Positions 46,021 to 60,899 of a stretch of DNA of 64,000 nt are shown piece after piece (within the stretch, counting starts at the first letter, position 1; every line of letters begins with the position of its first letter). Location of the stretch: positions 100,254,001 to 100,318,000 of the forward strand of contig OZ024746.1 of NCBI GenBank assembly GCA_964016885.1. Direction: 5' to 3'. The position numbers and the translations under genes are program-made. The notes under the pieces are model-generated. The model had not been told where the DNA came from. It saw nothing but the letters and a program-made list of their open reading frames with translations, and ran no database searches. This stretch comes from Eledone cirrhosa. Lineage: Eukaryota.

Positions 46021-46240
46021 AGTGAAGGCGCGTGGCTGAGTGGTTAGAGAATTGGATTCGCAATTGTGAGGTTGTGAGTTCGATTCCCGGACTGGGTGAT
46101 GCGTTATGTCCTTGGGCAAGACACTTAATTTCATGTTGCTCCTTCTACCTGGAGTTGCAACCGATAGAGAGTATTAGCAATTGGAAAGACCAATGGAAAC
46201 AGTGTTTCCTCGGTCCAATTTGACGAAAGTTAATCGACTG
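46021..46240 (+). mobile_element. CORE-like tRNA-derived SINE; inverted sister copy at 48430-48670
   Basis: gtggctgagtggttag A-box, gagttcgattcc B-box and a tccttgggcaagacactt CORE-like block. Confidence 0.75.
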
Positions 46241-46380
46241 TCGATGAATGGAAGTTGGAGGGGGGTTTAGTGAAGATGGTTGGATGAAGACGGTTGCACT
46301 GCTTTAAACAGAGACGGAATGGTCATGGCAGGAATGACTAACTAGGATCAAATATTTGCTCATTCGGAACTCATTGAGGG

Positions 46381-47082
46381 TACTACTTCTACTACTACTA
46401 CCACTACTACTACCACTACCATTACTTCTACTACCACTACCACTACTACTACCACTACTACTACTACCACTACTACTACCACTACCACTACTTCTACTAC
46501 CACTACCACTACTACTACCACTACTACTACTACCACTACTACTACTACTACCACTACCACTACTACTACTACTACCACTACTACTACCACTACCATTACT
46601 ACTACCACTACTACTACTACCACTACTACCACTACTTCTACCACTACCACTACTTCTACTACTACCACTACCATTACTACTACCACTACTACTACTACCA
46701 CTACTACTACCTCTACTACTACTACTACCACTACCACTACTACTACCACTACTTCTACCACTACCACTACTTCTACCACTACCACTACTACTACCACTAC
46801 TTCTACCACTACCACTACTTCTACCACTACCACTACTACTACCACTACTTCTACCACTACCACTACTACTACTACCACTACCACTACTACTACTACCACT
46901 ACCACTACCACTACCACTACCACTACTACTACCACTACTTCTACTACTACCACTACCATTACTACTACCACTACTACTACTACCACTACCACTACCACCA
47001 CCACTACTACTATTACTACTACTACTACCACTACCATCACCACTACTACTATTACTACTACTACTACCACTATCACTACCAT

Positions 47083-47115
<33 letters not shown>

Positions 47116-47225
47116 CACTACCACTACTACTACTACAATTACTACTACTACTACCACTATCACTACCATCACTACTACTACTACAATTACCACTACTACT
47201 ACCACTACCACTACCACTACTACGA
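46381..47225. repeat. (CTA/CCA)n microsatellite
   Basis: Direct inspection. Confidence 0.95.
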
Positions 47226-48917
47226 CCACTTGCGTCAGCAAAAACAGAAATTAGTTAATATTTCTTCCAGTAAAGAGGGCGGTGGATTGGCAGTATCGGT
47301 AGAGGGTCGGACGCCATGATTTGCAGCATAGAGTTACGGCCCATTATGATATGAGTTCAAATCCCGCCGAGGTTAACTTTGCCTTTCACCCCGCCACATA
47401 CACACCTTGTGACTATATAAGAAACCAATATTTCTTCCAGTAAGAGTTTGTTCCACATGACAAGTGCAATGTGGCCGAACTCCCACTGTCATCGACTCCA
47501 TCTCTCTAGCCCTCCCCATATCTCTGTATGGTGAGCAAATGGGGTCCCACGTGCTGGCCTTCATTCACAGAATGGAGAAGGCGTTTCCCCGGAGGATGGT
47601 AAGATTGACTCATCATATGACGGGCTACACTTGAAAATGTGTCATTCATAAAGCCAAACAAGCCACATGTGGCTCACGGGCCGCAGTTTAGCTATGACTG
47701 AGCTATACAGTCATCTTGTCAGATAGAGCCAACCTTGAGACTCGGAGTCATAACGTGGAGAATATTGAGATCTTAAGTAAATTATCAAACATTTCCATAT
47801 ACAGCATGGGCCGTAAGTCGCGCAACAAAGCATTAAAGAAGCGATAATTCATTTCTTTATTAATATACCGTATATGCCGGCGTACAAGTCGGCATTTGGA
47901 GTCTAAAAATATCTCTCCAAACCCAGGCGTCGACTTGTCCGTCGAATATAAAATGTGAACCTTTACCACTGAGGGGTAAACAGTGAAACTGCCTGCCCCA
48001 CACTCGTTGTACACCATTTACCATAACTCTAGCAACCCACCACAATTATTTCCTACTAAATCTAAAAAAATGCCCTAAAAAGACCGGCGTTCATACAACA
48101 CCCTCAAGAGTTACGCAACTTTGCATGTATTAGGTTCTGCATTAAGTAAAACATTGTTCTCTATTTCAATTCTGTTTGTCTAACTGTCGGAAATACATCT
48201 CCGGTACCAGATCTTCGGTACCAGATCTTTGGAGAATTGCCATCGCCAAATTACAGTATAGCAATAACCTCACCTTATCCTGCTATTTAGACCTAGGCTT
48301 CGGTCCAGATTAAAAGTGGTCTTTTGGCTGGTTTATTATGCAACAGCTTATTCGATGTTCAACTAATCCTGAACTAATTCAGCACAGGAAAAAAATACTT
48401 TCCTCAACTATATAAGAAGAAGAAGAAAAAACGATCGACTTTCGTCAAATCGAACCGAGGAAACAATGTTTCCATTGGTCTTTCCAATTGTTAATACTTG
48501 TTTCTACTTTAGGCACAAGGCCAGCAATTACCCAGTGCATTACTGGTACTTTATTTTATCGATAAAGTGTCTTGCTCAAGGACATAACGCATCGCCTGGT
48601 CCAGGAATCGAACTCACAACCTTACGATTGCGAATCCAATTCTCTAACCACTCAGCCACACGTCTTCACTATATAAGATACTCAAAAATATTACATATAC
48701 TCAGGTTGGATCAGAATTCAGTCAGAGCAGGTGACATGGACTTAAGATTTTGAGGAGGAAGGTGGGCGGCACAATTCTCCTCAAGTTCTAGTTCTTTTAT
48801 TCTGTTAACGTACCTGTAAGTATACATGTACATTGCCGTGGATATATATACCGGTAACCCATAGAAGAATCATAAATATATAGCACTGATTACTAATATA
48901 CTTAAGTAATTGAGAAG

Positions 48918-50010
48918 GTGCATGGCTTTGTGTTTAGGAATACTGATAATAAGAGCAATTCGACTTTATCAAACAGTGAACTACAGCGGCGATGGCGTGC
49001 AGCCAGCAATGAAGAAAAACGGGCCGAACAGCGCCATCGGAACGCTGAACTTCAGAGGCGAAGACGTGCTGCCATGAATGAAGAGGAGCTGGCTGAACAA
49101 CGCCAACGAAACACTGGAGCCAAGCTGCGACGGCGTGCTGCGATGGATGAAGAGGAGCTGGCTGAACAGCGCCAGCGCAATACAGAAGTTGAGAGAATGT
49201 GTCGCCAAAGTGCTCCTCATTCCAGTAAAGAGGCCAGAAGGCGAACGAATGATATTAAAAATGGATCATGGCAACCGTGTCATTTTCAGATTGGTGGACG
49301 AGCAGAGTGTCCACATTGTGGAGCATTGCTTTGGAGGCACGAAAAGACGTGGACCACAATGTGCTGTCATAAAGGAGCAGTTCAATTAGAACCCTTGCGA
49401 ATGCCGGATGATGAGGAGTCACCGGAGTTTAAAATACTAAGTATGTGGAGTGATCAAGGAGACCGAGGTAGATTACTGCGCAAATATTCGCGGCAAATTA
49501 ACAATTCATTAGCTTTAGCATCGCAGAGAGTTAGATGTTTGAGAGTGGAGCATGGCAACCGAATGTCGTCATTCAATGCCGTTTGTATCAGTGTATCGGT
49601 AATTTAGAAGTTACGCCAGGAGAGAGGCCTTGATTCGCTCAAATTTACGTTAACGAGCCAGATTATAGTGAATCGGAGGAGGATATCAGGATCGGTTGGA
49701 TGAAGTTGCCGGGAAATATAACTGAACTTGAACGACAAAGGTTAAGTGATTTGATCCGTGATTTGCAATCATGGCTTGGACAGTGTAATCCTTATGTTAT
49801 GGATTTCATGTTGGTGGCTGAACTGCAAAATGTTCAGCAGCAAACATTGGTGATTAAGGCTGACGCAGTGCATAGGAATCAACACGAACGGCGATATAAT
49901 GCCCCTGAAGGATTTCGTGAAGTTGCTGTGTTGATGGACGATAAGCCTGGATCGAGAGAAGTAGAAGGATCCGCCATTTGGAGTTCAAACCAGGCCACCT
50001 CCCCGAGTTG
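48918..50010 (+). mobile_element. Helitron Rep-helicase N-terminal fragment (pseudogenised)
   Basis: Arg/Glu-rich 21-aa repeats, CPHCGALLW..CCHKG zinc motif, RQINNSLALAS, FAQIY, CNPYV and HERRYNAP..EVAV. Confidence 0.88.
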
Positions 50011-50226
50011 AACTCTGGGCAATATTGACTGTCCATTACTCAGTGGCTTAGAGCCTGGAAATTACTGAATAAATGTTTGTGTCATATAATTTGTTGTTTT
50101 ATTATTATAGCTGACCACTTATAGATAAGCATGTTATCCTTATCCATATTAATTTGGCATTTGTAGAAACCATTTCAAGTAAATAGGGACCTTTTTTACA
50201 TTGACGGACGTCTTTTATATTAATTA

Positions 50227-50579
50227 TCTATATCTACATATAATATAAAAGATTGGAACTTCCATCATCCTTTCGAGAAACGTGGAACAACCACGTCCAT
50301 GCAATGATACACGTTTTACAGTCAGGCAGAAGATGAACCATCTCCTAGAGGTCACTACTCTAGGTGGGAGCACCTAGAATTGTTCATATACTATGCACAA
50401 ACGGTACAACGAAGAATCTGGTATATCTGAAAGATTTTTTTTACTGTTTTTTGTATCACACAGACACCACGGACCCGCCTCATACTGTAACCATACAAAC
50501 ATCCAATACAGTCATTTTCTCTTTTACCTGTCTTCTCTTATCATCTGTTTACCCGGGCGATGCTGAGTACGTCAGCTAG
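50227..50579 (+). mobile_element. Non-autonomous Helitron
   Basis: A|TC 5' end, TKNLVY helicase C-terminal remnant, degenerate subterminal cccgggcgatgctgag hairpin and CTAG|T 3' end. Confidence 0.7.
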
Positions 50580-50684
50580 TATAATTAATAGCAGTCTCAA
50601 TTATTTAGATTTGCCGCATACAGACATAGATTTCCCGCCATTACCAATGTCTACAGGTGTTAAAGCCGCCATCCCCACCACCAC

Positions 50685-51950
50685 AATGTCAAAAAGAAGA
50701 ACCAACACCACTGATACCACTACCACCACCACAGCAACAACTGAAACAAAAAAAAAATATTATCTCGTGATATCGAAATGGATTCTCCCAAAATCGACTC
50801 TTCCACGCCGAACGCCACTGACACCACCACCACCACCACAACTGAAACTAAAAATAATAATAACAAAAATAACAATAACAACAACAGCACCAATAAGAAC
50901 AACAACATCAACTTAGCGCAAAACCAAATGTGTCGTTTACTAAAGCGGCAAACAGAAATGAAACGGTTGAGGTAAGCCAGGAAGAATTGAATGAAGCCAA
51001 GCGAATGGTAAAAAAATATGGTTACAGGGTCAGCCTCACACCCCATCTAATACCAGATGGAACCCAATAGGAAGCCAGAGAGCACTTTATGGACCCATTA
51101 AAAACTGACGAGTTCACACTCGTCCCAAGCTATTGTGGTCAGAGGCTGGTAAGAATCAGGGTAAACCAGGTTCCGCCGGCCATTGAAATTCCCTGGCTAA
51201 TGGCTGCCGTCCTCGCCGACATCGAGGCTGACACTAAAGTAATAGAGGTGATAAAAGTAAAACAGGAGAACTGGTCCGGATCTGGATGGAGCTCCTGATC
51301 CAAGCGGACCAAAATAACATACAGGAAATTCCAGAGGTGATAGACCTCAATGACGGCAGCCACCTCACTGTAATCGTTGAGAGTAGAAGGCCTAGGTGTG
51401 TCGTTTGTGGCGAAGGAACCCACCTAAAGGTTTTCTGCTCTCAGGCTAAAAAGTTGAGGCCACCTCTCCTACCGACCCCAATGACTCAACCGTCAAAACC
51501 AGCAGCAGAAATGGCAGCAACAACTGTAGCAGCAACAACAAAAGCAACTGTAGCAGCAACAATAGCAAAACCAACACCACTACCACCACCACCCACCACG
51601 CCAGAATTAGCACCAGCCCCTCCACTGTGGAGGATTTTCCACTCCCCGACCTATCGCAACTGGAGACATATTGTGACGACGAGGAGTGGGAAACTGTATC
51701 TGTAAAAAAGAAAAAAAAAAGAGACCAAAAAAGAAAAAAAATCCTCTTCCTTCCCTCTCCAAAACAAAATGCAGGGCGAAACAAACAAACAAACCAACAA
51801 AAAAGTTAAGACAGCTATGTCACCACAAACACCAACACCATCATTAACCCCAACACCACCATCACCACAAAAATCACCAACAAGCGAAACAGAAACAAAC
51901 CCAAACAAAACAAAGCAACCATTACGATACACACTACACAGCATTAAATT
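50685..51950 (+). pseudogene. L1/Tx1 ORF1 (gag-like, CCHC knuckle), frameshifted
   Basis: LTVIVESRRPRCVVCGEGTHLKVFC (CX2CX4HX4C), Pro/Thr-rich linker and EWETVSVKKK. Confidence 0.75.
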
Positions 51951-52128
51951 TGGCAGTATCGGTAGAGGGTCGGACGCCATGTTTTCCAGCATAGTTACGT
52001 CCCTTTACGATCTGAGTTCAAATCCCGCCGAGGTTGACTTTGCCTTTCATCCTTACGGGGTCGATAAAATAAAGTACCAGTAATGCACTGGGTAATTGCT
52101 GGCCTTGTGCCTAAAGTAGAAACAATTA
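51950..52128 (+). mobile_element. SINE inserted in the Tx1 element
   Basis: Same family as 45-225. attaaattt occurs on both sides (probable TSD). Confidence 0.85.
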
Positions 52129-52438
52129 AATTTGAACAACAACCAATTATTACACTGCATCCAACACAACACCAGCATCACAGAAAAAGACTATACAACA
52201 CCCCAAAAATTCACACCACCCACACATACAAATCACTCGCATCACACAGAAAACGTACACGACACTAAAATTAAAATTCCCAAGGACATCGGAGACTTCC
52301 AAAAAACACTCTCCAGGAGGATTTATAAAGACAACCTTCCGGAGGGGGCCACAAACAGTGAGAAGGACGGAAAACTATCCTTCCTTCGCAAGAAGTGAGG
52401 TAAGTGGTCTTTCCCATCTTTTTCCACTCCTTTTCAAC

Positions 52439-55400
52439 ATGACCTTACTCAGAATAGGCAGCATAAATGTGCGTGGCCTGGGGTCGTTATGGAAGCAGGG
52501 CCACCTGCTCAACGACCTCAGGTCACTAAACATAGATGTGGTGGCCATCAGTGAGAACAGAATCTCCGAAGCACGAGCCTTCGCACCGATCTTCGGCGGC
52601 TATGATGTGTACGCATCTCCCAGCCGTTCTGGATCGGGGGGGGGGGGGGAGTTGCTGTGCTTTTTCGGAGAGGTTTGGATCTCGCCATACGGGCCATCTT
52701 CCTGGACCCAGAAGGTAAGTTGGTGGTGCTGGACGTGACCAGCGGAGACGGGCAAGCTTTCAGGCTAGTGGCCGTCTGTGCCCCGACAGGAGCAGGGCGG
52801 CCTGATTTCTTCCGGCGTCTAGAGACCTTTCTAGGAACGTCCCGCTCTTTAGTGTTAGTGGGCGACTGGAACAGGGTCTTAGATGCACGCTGGGACTGTG
52901 TGGGATTAGCGGATAGGGGAGGAGGTTGTAAAAGCCTCGCAAACCTGCTCAGACGGTTTCAACTGTCTGACAGATACCGTCTGGATTTCCCGAATATGCC
53001 AATGTGGACAAGGACAAACAGCATCGGGTCATCCAGATCATATCTAGATAGGGTATTTTGTAGGGAAATAGATAGGTTTTAACATAGGCTGTCCACATTT
53101 CAAAATAGTCGACTACACAGACCACAAATTCGTGAACTGTGAGGTTGACTTAGATAGGCTTCATAGACAGGGACCCGGCTGCTGGAAGCTAAACGCGTCA
53201 TTAACAACGCGCAAGGCCTACAGAGACCGGATTAGCGAACTAGTTAAGCGGGCGTTGACGGGGGCCATCGTCAATAACAAATGGTGGTTTGCTCTGAAAA
53301 GAGCGATTAGAATAGAGTCCATTAGGTTTAGTAAGGCTTTAGCAATAGAGAAAAATAGAGCAGAGGGAGACCTAGTTAGAAAATTAGACGAGGCTCTTCA
53401 ATGCAAAGCACGAAGGTTGCGTTGTCAGAGCTAGGGTGCGTGCTCTCAGACACGAGGGTACGAAAGCCGTTCAATGGGCCCGAGTGGTGGAGGCGCGTCG
53501 TGGCAACAAAGCCACGAACCGGTCTTTGGTGGACCACGACGGGCGCATGCTACTCGATCCCGGGAAAATGTGTGAAGCTTTTCAGCGACATTTCGCTCAG
53601 CTGTTCGGGGGCAGCGGCGGGCCGGATCGAGGGATGGACTTTAGTGTCTACCTCGACGGACTGCCGCGGCTCTCGGCCACTGAGGCGGAGTGTTGCGAAA
53701 AGCCGATAACAGCCGCTGAAGTACGGGAGGCAATGACTGGCTGCACAAGGGGGTAAATCGCCTGGTTTGGATGGTCTGACATATGAACTTTACGTACAGA
53801 TGCCAGACTTGTTCGGAAGCCTCTTGGCGGACGTCTACTGCAACTGGCAACAGAACGGGAGAATTTCCAGCTCTGTGAGCCGAGGAGCGGTGGCGCTGCT
53901 GAGAAAGGATCCGAACAAGGGGGATAACATAGATAATTTCAGGCCCATAACTCTGCTAAACACAGAGTTCAAGATTTTGGCCAAGGTGCTAGCAAAGAGG
54001 TTGGCGCTTGTCGTTGGTGATCTGGTGGGAGAAGCGCAGACATGCGCCATTCCCGACAGATCCATCCACGACAACCTCCACCTCATGCGATACATCGTGG
54101 AGAGGGTAGCTAGGGAACCTGGCACGGGTGGGTCCTTGATCAATTTAGATCAGTCGAAAGCTTTCGATAGAGTCGACCATCGTTACCTAGCGGCAGTCCT
54201 GAGGGCGGCTGGCTTTGGGCCCGTCTTCAGAGGCTTGTTCGCTGCCATGCACAGCGACATTTACTCTGTGGTGAGAGTGAACGGTCACCTTTCGGAACCG
54301 TTCAACATCATGCGCTCGGTCCGCCAAGGATGTCCCTCTCGTCCCTCTTGTACGTATTGACTCTCGAGCCATTACTGCACAAACTGGAGACGTTGATGAG
54401 GATCCCACGCGAACTAGGATGCGGAAGATCCGTGTCAGCAAATGCGGACGATGTCACCGTAGTGGTGTCGAACGCCAAACACATCGAGGCGATCGGCACT
54501 ACACTAAGAGAATACGAAGTGGTGTCAGGAGCAATGATCAACCAGGAAAAGTCAGTGGGCCTGCAGTTCGGCACCTGGAGAGGCAGGTCCATGCCGTCCA
54601 ACAGCGTTGTCGGGCGCTGGACGGACGGACCGGTTAAATTGCTAGGGGTCTGGTTCGGTCCGGACCTCCAGACGGACAAAAACTGGGACGAGGTGACGAG
54701 CAGGGTGGCTTCTCTCACCCAGAAATGGGCGGAGAGGAAGCTATCCCTGAAAGGTCGAGCGGAGGTGGCTAACGCGTACATCGCGTCCGTCATCTACTAC
54801 CGCCTGACCGTCGTATTTTGTCCTAAGCCCCGCCTGACTGTGCTAGAGCGTTTGCTCTTTCGCTTTTTGTGGAAGGGACGCGCTCCGATGGTCAGGCGGT
54901 CCATCTGCTGTCAACACCCGCTACGTGGAGGGCTGGGCATGCCGTGGCTGATGATGCGCAGACACGCACTCAGGCTACGACATCTCTACCTCTTCCTCGA
55001 CGGTGATCAGGTGTGGTCGCCGTTTGCTAGACGCGTCTTTCCACAGCTCGTCTCCTTGACGGAGTTGCAGTCCTGGGTCAAGCGAAGACCGAGAAGGAGC
55101 GCTTGGAGACTGGAATGTCTTCAGGCGCTCACAGCCCTCGACCAATCGGGCAATGTGATCGGTTGAAACTCCACCTTGGTGTTCTATAGAGGCTTAGTGG
55201 AGGGGAAGAGCGACGACGTACTTGGGGAAACTCTAGGCGTCGACGAAAATCAACTAGCCAATCTCTTCGGAAGAACTTTCGGGCCGGGGCCTATGGACAA
55301 CTTCCAGAAATCCCTGGCCTGGCAGTGCTACCGAGGAGCTTTGCCAGTTCGGGATAAACTCTACAGGCATGGAGGTGCCGTCAGCCGGGCATGTCCGAGA

Positions 55401-55809
55401 TGCGCGCAGGGCTACGAAACCGTCCTGCACGCACTCGTCCAGTGTCCGAGCATTGCTGACTTGTGGGTTTATGTCGAACACCTGCTGTCGCGTGTAGGAC
55501 GGATTCAGCTATCAGCTGAGTCCATCGTGAGGATTGCCCCGCCCTCTCCCTTTAGCCGGGAAGGGCAGGCAGTTTTTATCTTTCTGGTGGCCATGGCGAA
55601 AGAGATAGTATGGTGGACACGTTTGAAAGGGCTGAAGACGAGCACTTACCTCTTCGGTGATGCCCTGATTAACTTTTATCAAATTTCATTTGAAAAGGAA
55701 AATCAGGGTAGAGAGGAAAGTGCTCTCTTCCCAGCATTTTGTTGAAAGATGGGTGAGAGAGGCAAGAATGGCCCGAATGAATGGGGCTACTCTGAGTATG
55801 TGTCTGTAA
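52439..55809 (+). pseudogene. L1/Tx1 ORF2: AP endonuclease, reverse transcriptase, zf-RVT; several frameshifts and stops
   Basis: SINVRGL, LVGDWN, SYLDR, TDH, WKLN, KSPGLDG, FRPITLLNTEFKILAK, DQSKAFDRVDH, VRQGCP, ADDV, GGLG and CPRC..ETVLHAL..C. Confidence 0.93.
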
Positions 55810-56444
55810 ATTAAAGGTGGAAAACTGGGAGAGGGCACTTGCCCTGGTGGTCAAGGTCACTGTGGCTTTTTAATGGGCTTTCTCCACGAATGTCCCTCGG
55901 AAGTCTCCCCCCCTATTGGGGAATTTTTTTCATTGTTCTATTATTACATCCTCTGTTTTTTTGTTTTTTTACACGCAGAAATGCCATTTTGTACCGTCCT
56001 GTATTGTCCTGTACTGTCCTTAATGTCTACTTTATGTAAACCCTTGTGGTTAATAAAGAAAGCATTATTATTATTATTATTAGTACCAGTAATACACTGG
56101 GTTATTGCTGGCCTTGTGCCAAAAATAGAAACAATTATTATTATTATTATTATATTACATTCAAAGTAAAGGATGTCATGAATGATACAAAATCAAACAT
56201 GTCTTGTCTCTAAAAATTCAGAGAATAAAATCGAGCTTTAATCATTTTAAGAAAGTTAATGACATATACCCATACATACATAAGTGTACATACATAAGAT
56301 ATATCAAAACTTAAACTAGAGACAATCTGGACTGAATGTAAGATTACATAATTCATTGAGTATCTTATTAAAATTAATAAAATATCAAAACAAAATACCT
56401 GATAACATTCACTTTCTTATATAATACCTGATAACATTCGCTTT

Positions 56445-56484
<40 letters not shown>

Positions 56485-56994
56485 TATATTGTTATACTTT
56501 GGGAGGGTCATGTTGCCAATAAGAAACACACGCACCAGTTGCTTTCACTTCAATTTAATTTATTAAATATTTATAAATTTACAAATTTATAAATTTCTGG
56601 TTGGTTGGTTGGTTCCACAACCAGATAGTTGTTTATATATATATAGTCATAGTTCTTTCGTCACACACTCTGTGACCTCTTCAGTGACTGGGGATTTCGT
56701 TCTTCGTTTCTGTGTCTTTCCTTTCTTCTATCCTACGCCATTTTGTTTGTGTGTGGGTTGCGTGCTCAGTTTGCGCATGCGCCACATCCGGGTGTCTGTG
56801 TGTGTTTGTGTTCATTTTTCTATTTATCTATTTATATTTTTCTATTTGTTTGTTTATTTATTTATTTATTGTTGGTTGGTTGTTTGTTCTATGTGTGTGT
56901 GTGTTTTCATTTTGTCTTGTGTGTGTTTTCATTTTGTGTGTGTTTTCAATTGTAAGTTGTTTGTTCTATGTGTGTGTGTGTTTTCATTTTGTCC

Positions 56995-57568
56995 TTAATT
57001 GTAAGTTGTGATGTTGCTGTTCCACTCATATTTTCTATTTAATTTTGGTTTTAATTCTTTTATGCTTACTGCCTCTGTAATTTGCCTAAACATTGCGTCT
57101 TTCTTGTGTGTGGATTCTATTTTTATTTCTATGCTCTCTAATTTACCCCTGTGTTCTATCTTAGCATGTTGGTAGAGCACAGATGATTCTTTACTATCTT
57201 GGAGGTCTCGCCAGTGTTCATTTATTCGTTCCCCTATACTACGAGCTGTCTCACCTATGTACACTACATTTTTGTTTCTACATTGTCCTTCAGTACATCT
57301 TATGCTATATACTACATTTCTAGTTTTACAGTTAATATGGGGGCTTATTTTACAGGTTATACATTTCTTATCTATACATGAGGGTCTTTGGAACGGGTAT
57401 GTCTTGCTAATAAGTGTTTTTACGGAGGTACCAGGTCTTTCTACTATCTTAATATTGAGATTATGTTTCTTTAGGGCCCTTCTAAATTTGTAGGCTAGTT
57501 CGCCTCTAGGGGTTGTATTGATGAACATTACACTCTGGTATTTATTGCTATCATACCATGAGTTTATT
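56995..57568 (-). CDS. Penelope GIY-YIG endonuclease domain (5'-truncated ORF)
   Basis: CIDKKCITC..NCKTRNVVYSIRC..C..YIGETARSIGERINEH..LYQH..RQITEAVSI..LNRKYEW. Confidence 0.88.
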
Positions 57569-57650
57569 AACTGAGCACGCAACCCACACACAAACAAAAT
57601 GGCGTAGGATAGAAGAAAGGAAAGACACAGAAACGAAGAACGAAATCCCC

Positions 57651-57695
57651 AGTCACTGAAGAGGTCACAGAGTGTGTGACGAAAGAACTATGACT
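57651..57695 (+). ncRNA. Type I hammerhead ribozyme in pLTR (mirror copy on - strand 56645-56689)
   Basis: agtca-CTGAAGA-g-gtcaca-gagtg-tgtgac-GAAA-gaac-TA-tgact. Confidence 0.82.
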
Positions 57696-57907
57696 ATATA
57701 TATATAAACAACTATCTGGTTGTGGAACCAACCAACCAACCAGAAATTTATAAATTTGTAAATTTATAAATATTTAATAAATTAAATTGAAGTGAAAGCA
57801 ACTGGTGCGTGTGTTTCTTATTGGCAACATGACCCTCCCAAAGTATAACAATATCGGTTTCAACACACGATTTCAGATAAAGAATCTTGTTAAACAAATT
57901 CAGAAAC

Positions 57908-59342
<1,435 letters not shown>

Positions 59343-60157
59343 GAGAGAGAGTGAGAGAGAAAGGTGGGGGGAGAGATTACAATCAAAAATAATTAGGAAC
59401 TATGTAGTACAAGTTGTTTAATTAATGAAATATTCCAATGGAAATTTTATAAAACATTAAGAACCCTAAATATTTTGTAAAATAACTCTACCTTCCTGAT
59501 AACATTTGATAGCGGGAATTAAAATAGATCTCTAGTTTCCGTAAAAAATGTCAAATATTCTTGTTATTGTTTTAAGTATTCTTCTAAGGAGATACACGAA
59601 ACTTATATGAATGACCCTATTTGATAGACTGTCAAGAGCTAACAAAAAGACAGTTTGTTTATCTAAAGCTAATGACAACCGCACCTTTTATAGAAATATC
59701 TTACATTCTAGCTGACGAATCAGGTTATAAACAAAATATTAAAAATAATAACGATTTCTAATTTAGGCACAAGGCCAACAATTTGGGGGAGGGGAAGTCG
59801 ATTAAATCGACCCTAGTGCGTTACTGGTACTTTATTTTATCGAACCTGTCAGGATGGCAAGCAAAGTTAACATCTGCTGGATTTGAACTCAGAACGTAAA
59901 GAGCCGTAATTCCATGCTGCAAAGCATGGCGTCCGACCCTCTACCGATTCTGCCAACGTAAAGGGACGTAACTCTGCTGGGAAGCATGGTGTCCGACCCT
60001 CTACCGATTCTGCCAATCAACCACCCTCATTAAAATAATAATTGTTTCTACTTTAGGCACAAGGCCAGCAATTATCCCAGTGCATTACTGGTACTTTATT
60101 TTATCGACCCCGTAAGGATGAAAGGCAAAGTTAACCTCGGCAGGATTTGAACTCAGA

Positions 60158-60517
60158 TCGTAAAGGGACCTAACTCTGCTAGAAAGCATGGCGTCCAGCC
60201 CTCTACCGATACTGCCAACGTAAAGGGACGTAACTATGCTGGGAAGCATGGCGTCCAGCCCTCTACCGATACTGCCAACGTAAAGGGACGTAACTATGCT
60301 GGGAAGCATGGCGTCCGACCCTCTACCGATACTGCCAACGTAAAGGGACGTAACTATGCTGGGAAACATGGCGTCCGGCCCTCTACCGATACTGCCAACG
60401 TAAAGGGACGTAACTATGCTGGGAAGCATGGCGTCCAGCCCTCTACCGATACTGCCAACGTAAAGGGACGTAACTATGCTGGGAAGCATGGCGTCCAGCC
60501 CTCTACCGATACTGCCA
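60158..60517 (-). repeat. 60-bp tandem repeat (x6) derived from the SINE tRNA-like head
   Basis: The unit aacgtaaagggacgtaactatgctgggaagcatggcgtccagccctctaccgatactgcc is continuous with the SINE body at 60038-60157. Confidence 0.92.
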
Positions 60518-60899
60518 TTAAAATAATAATGGTTTCTACTATAGACACAAGGCCAACAATTCTGGGGGAAAGTAAAGTCGATTAAATCGACCCTAGTACG
60601 TTACTGGTACTTTATTTTATCGACCTCGTAAGGATGAAAGGCAAAACTTAACCTCTGTGGGATTTGAATTTAGAACGTAAAGAGCCGTAACTCTATGCTG
60701 CAAAGTATGTTGTCCGACACTCTACCGATTCTGCCAATTTACCGCTCTCATTAAAATGATAATAAAAATGAATGTTTTTTTATCATCGAGTTTTATTTAG
60801 AGTTTACTCGAGTTATTGTTACACAGACGTGGCCCTGACCGTCGGGAATAAGAAGCTGGGGAGGGGAAAGTTGATTACACCGACTCCAGTAGTTGACTA

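Larger units (their letters stand above)
50600..56063 (+). mobile_element. Near-full-length L1/Tx1-clade LINE (disrupted)
   Basis: ORF1 with a zinc knuckle and ORF2 with APE-RT-zinc finger, followed by a 3' UTR with AATAAA and (TTA)n. Confidence 0.92.
56486..57910 (-). mobile_element. 5'-truncated Penelope-like element (Naiad-like) with 286-bp inverted pLTRs and tail
   Basis: Arms 56486-56771 / 57569-57854 flank a GIY-YIG ORF, with a tail at 57855-57910 and (TA)n on both sides. Confidence 0.93.

Noticed and set aside
46021-46110. tRNA gene
   Set aside because: The A/B boxes continue into a CORE-like SINE body and recur as diverged copies, with no clean cloverleaf.
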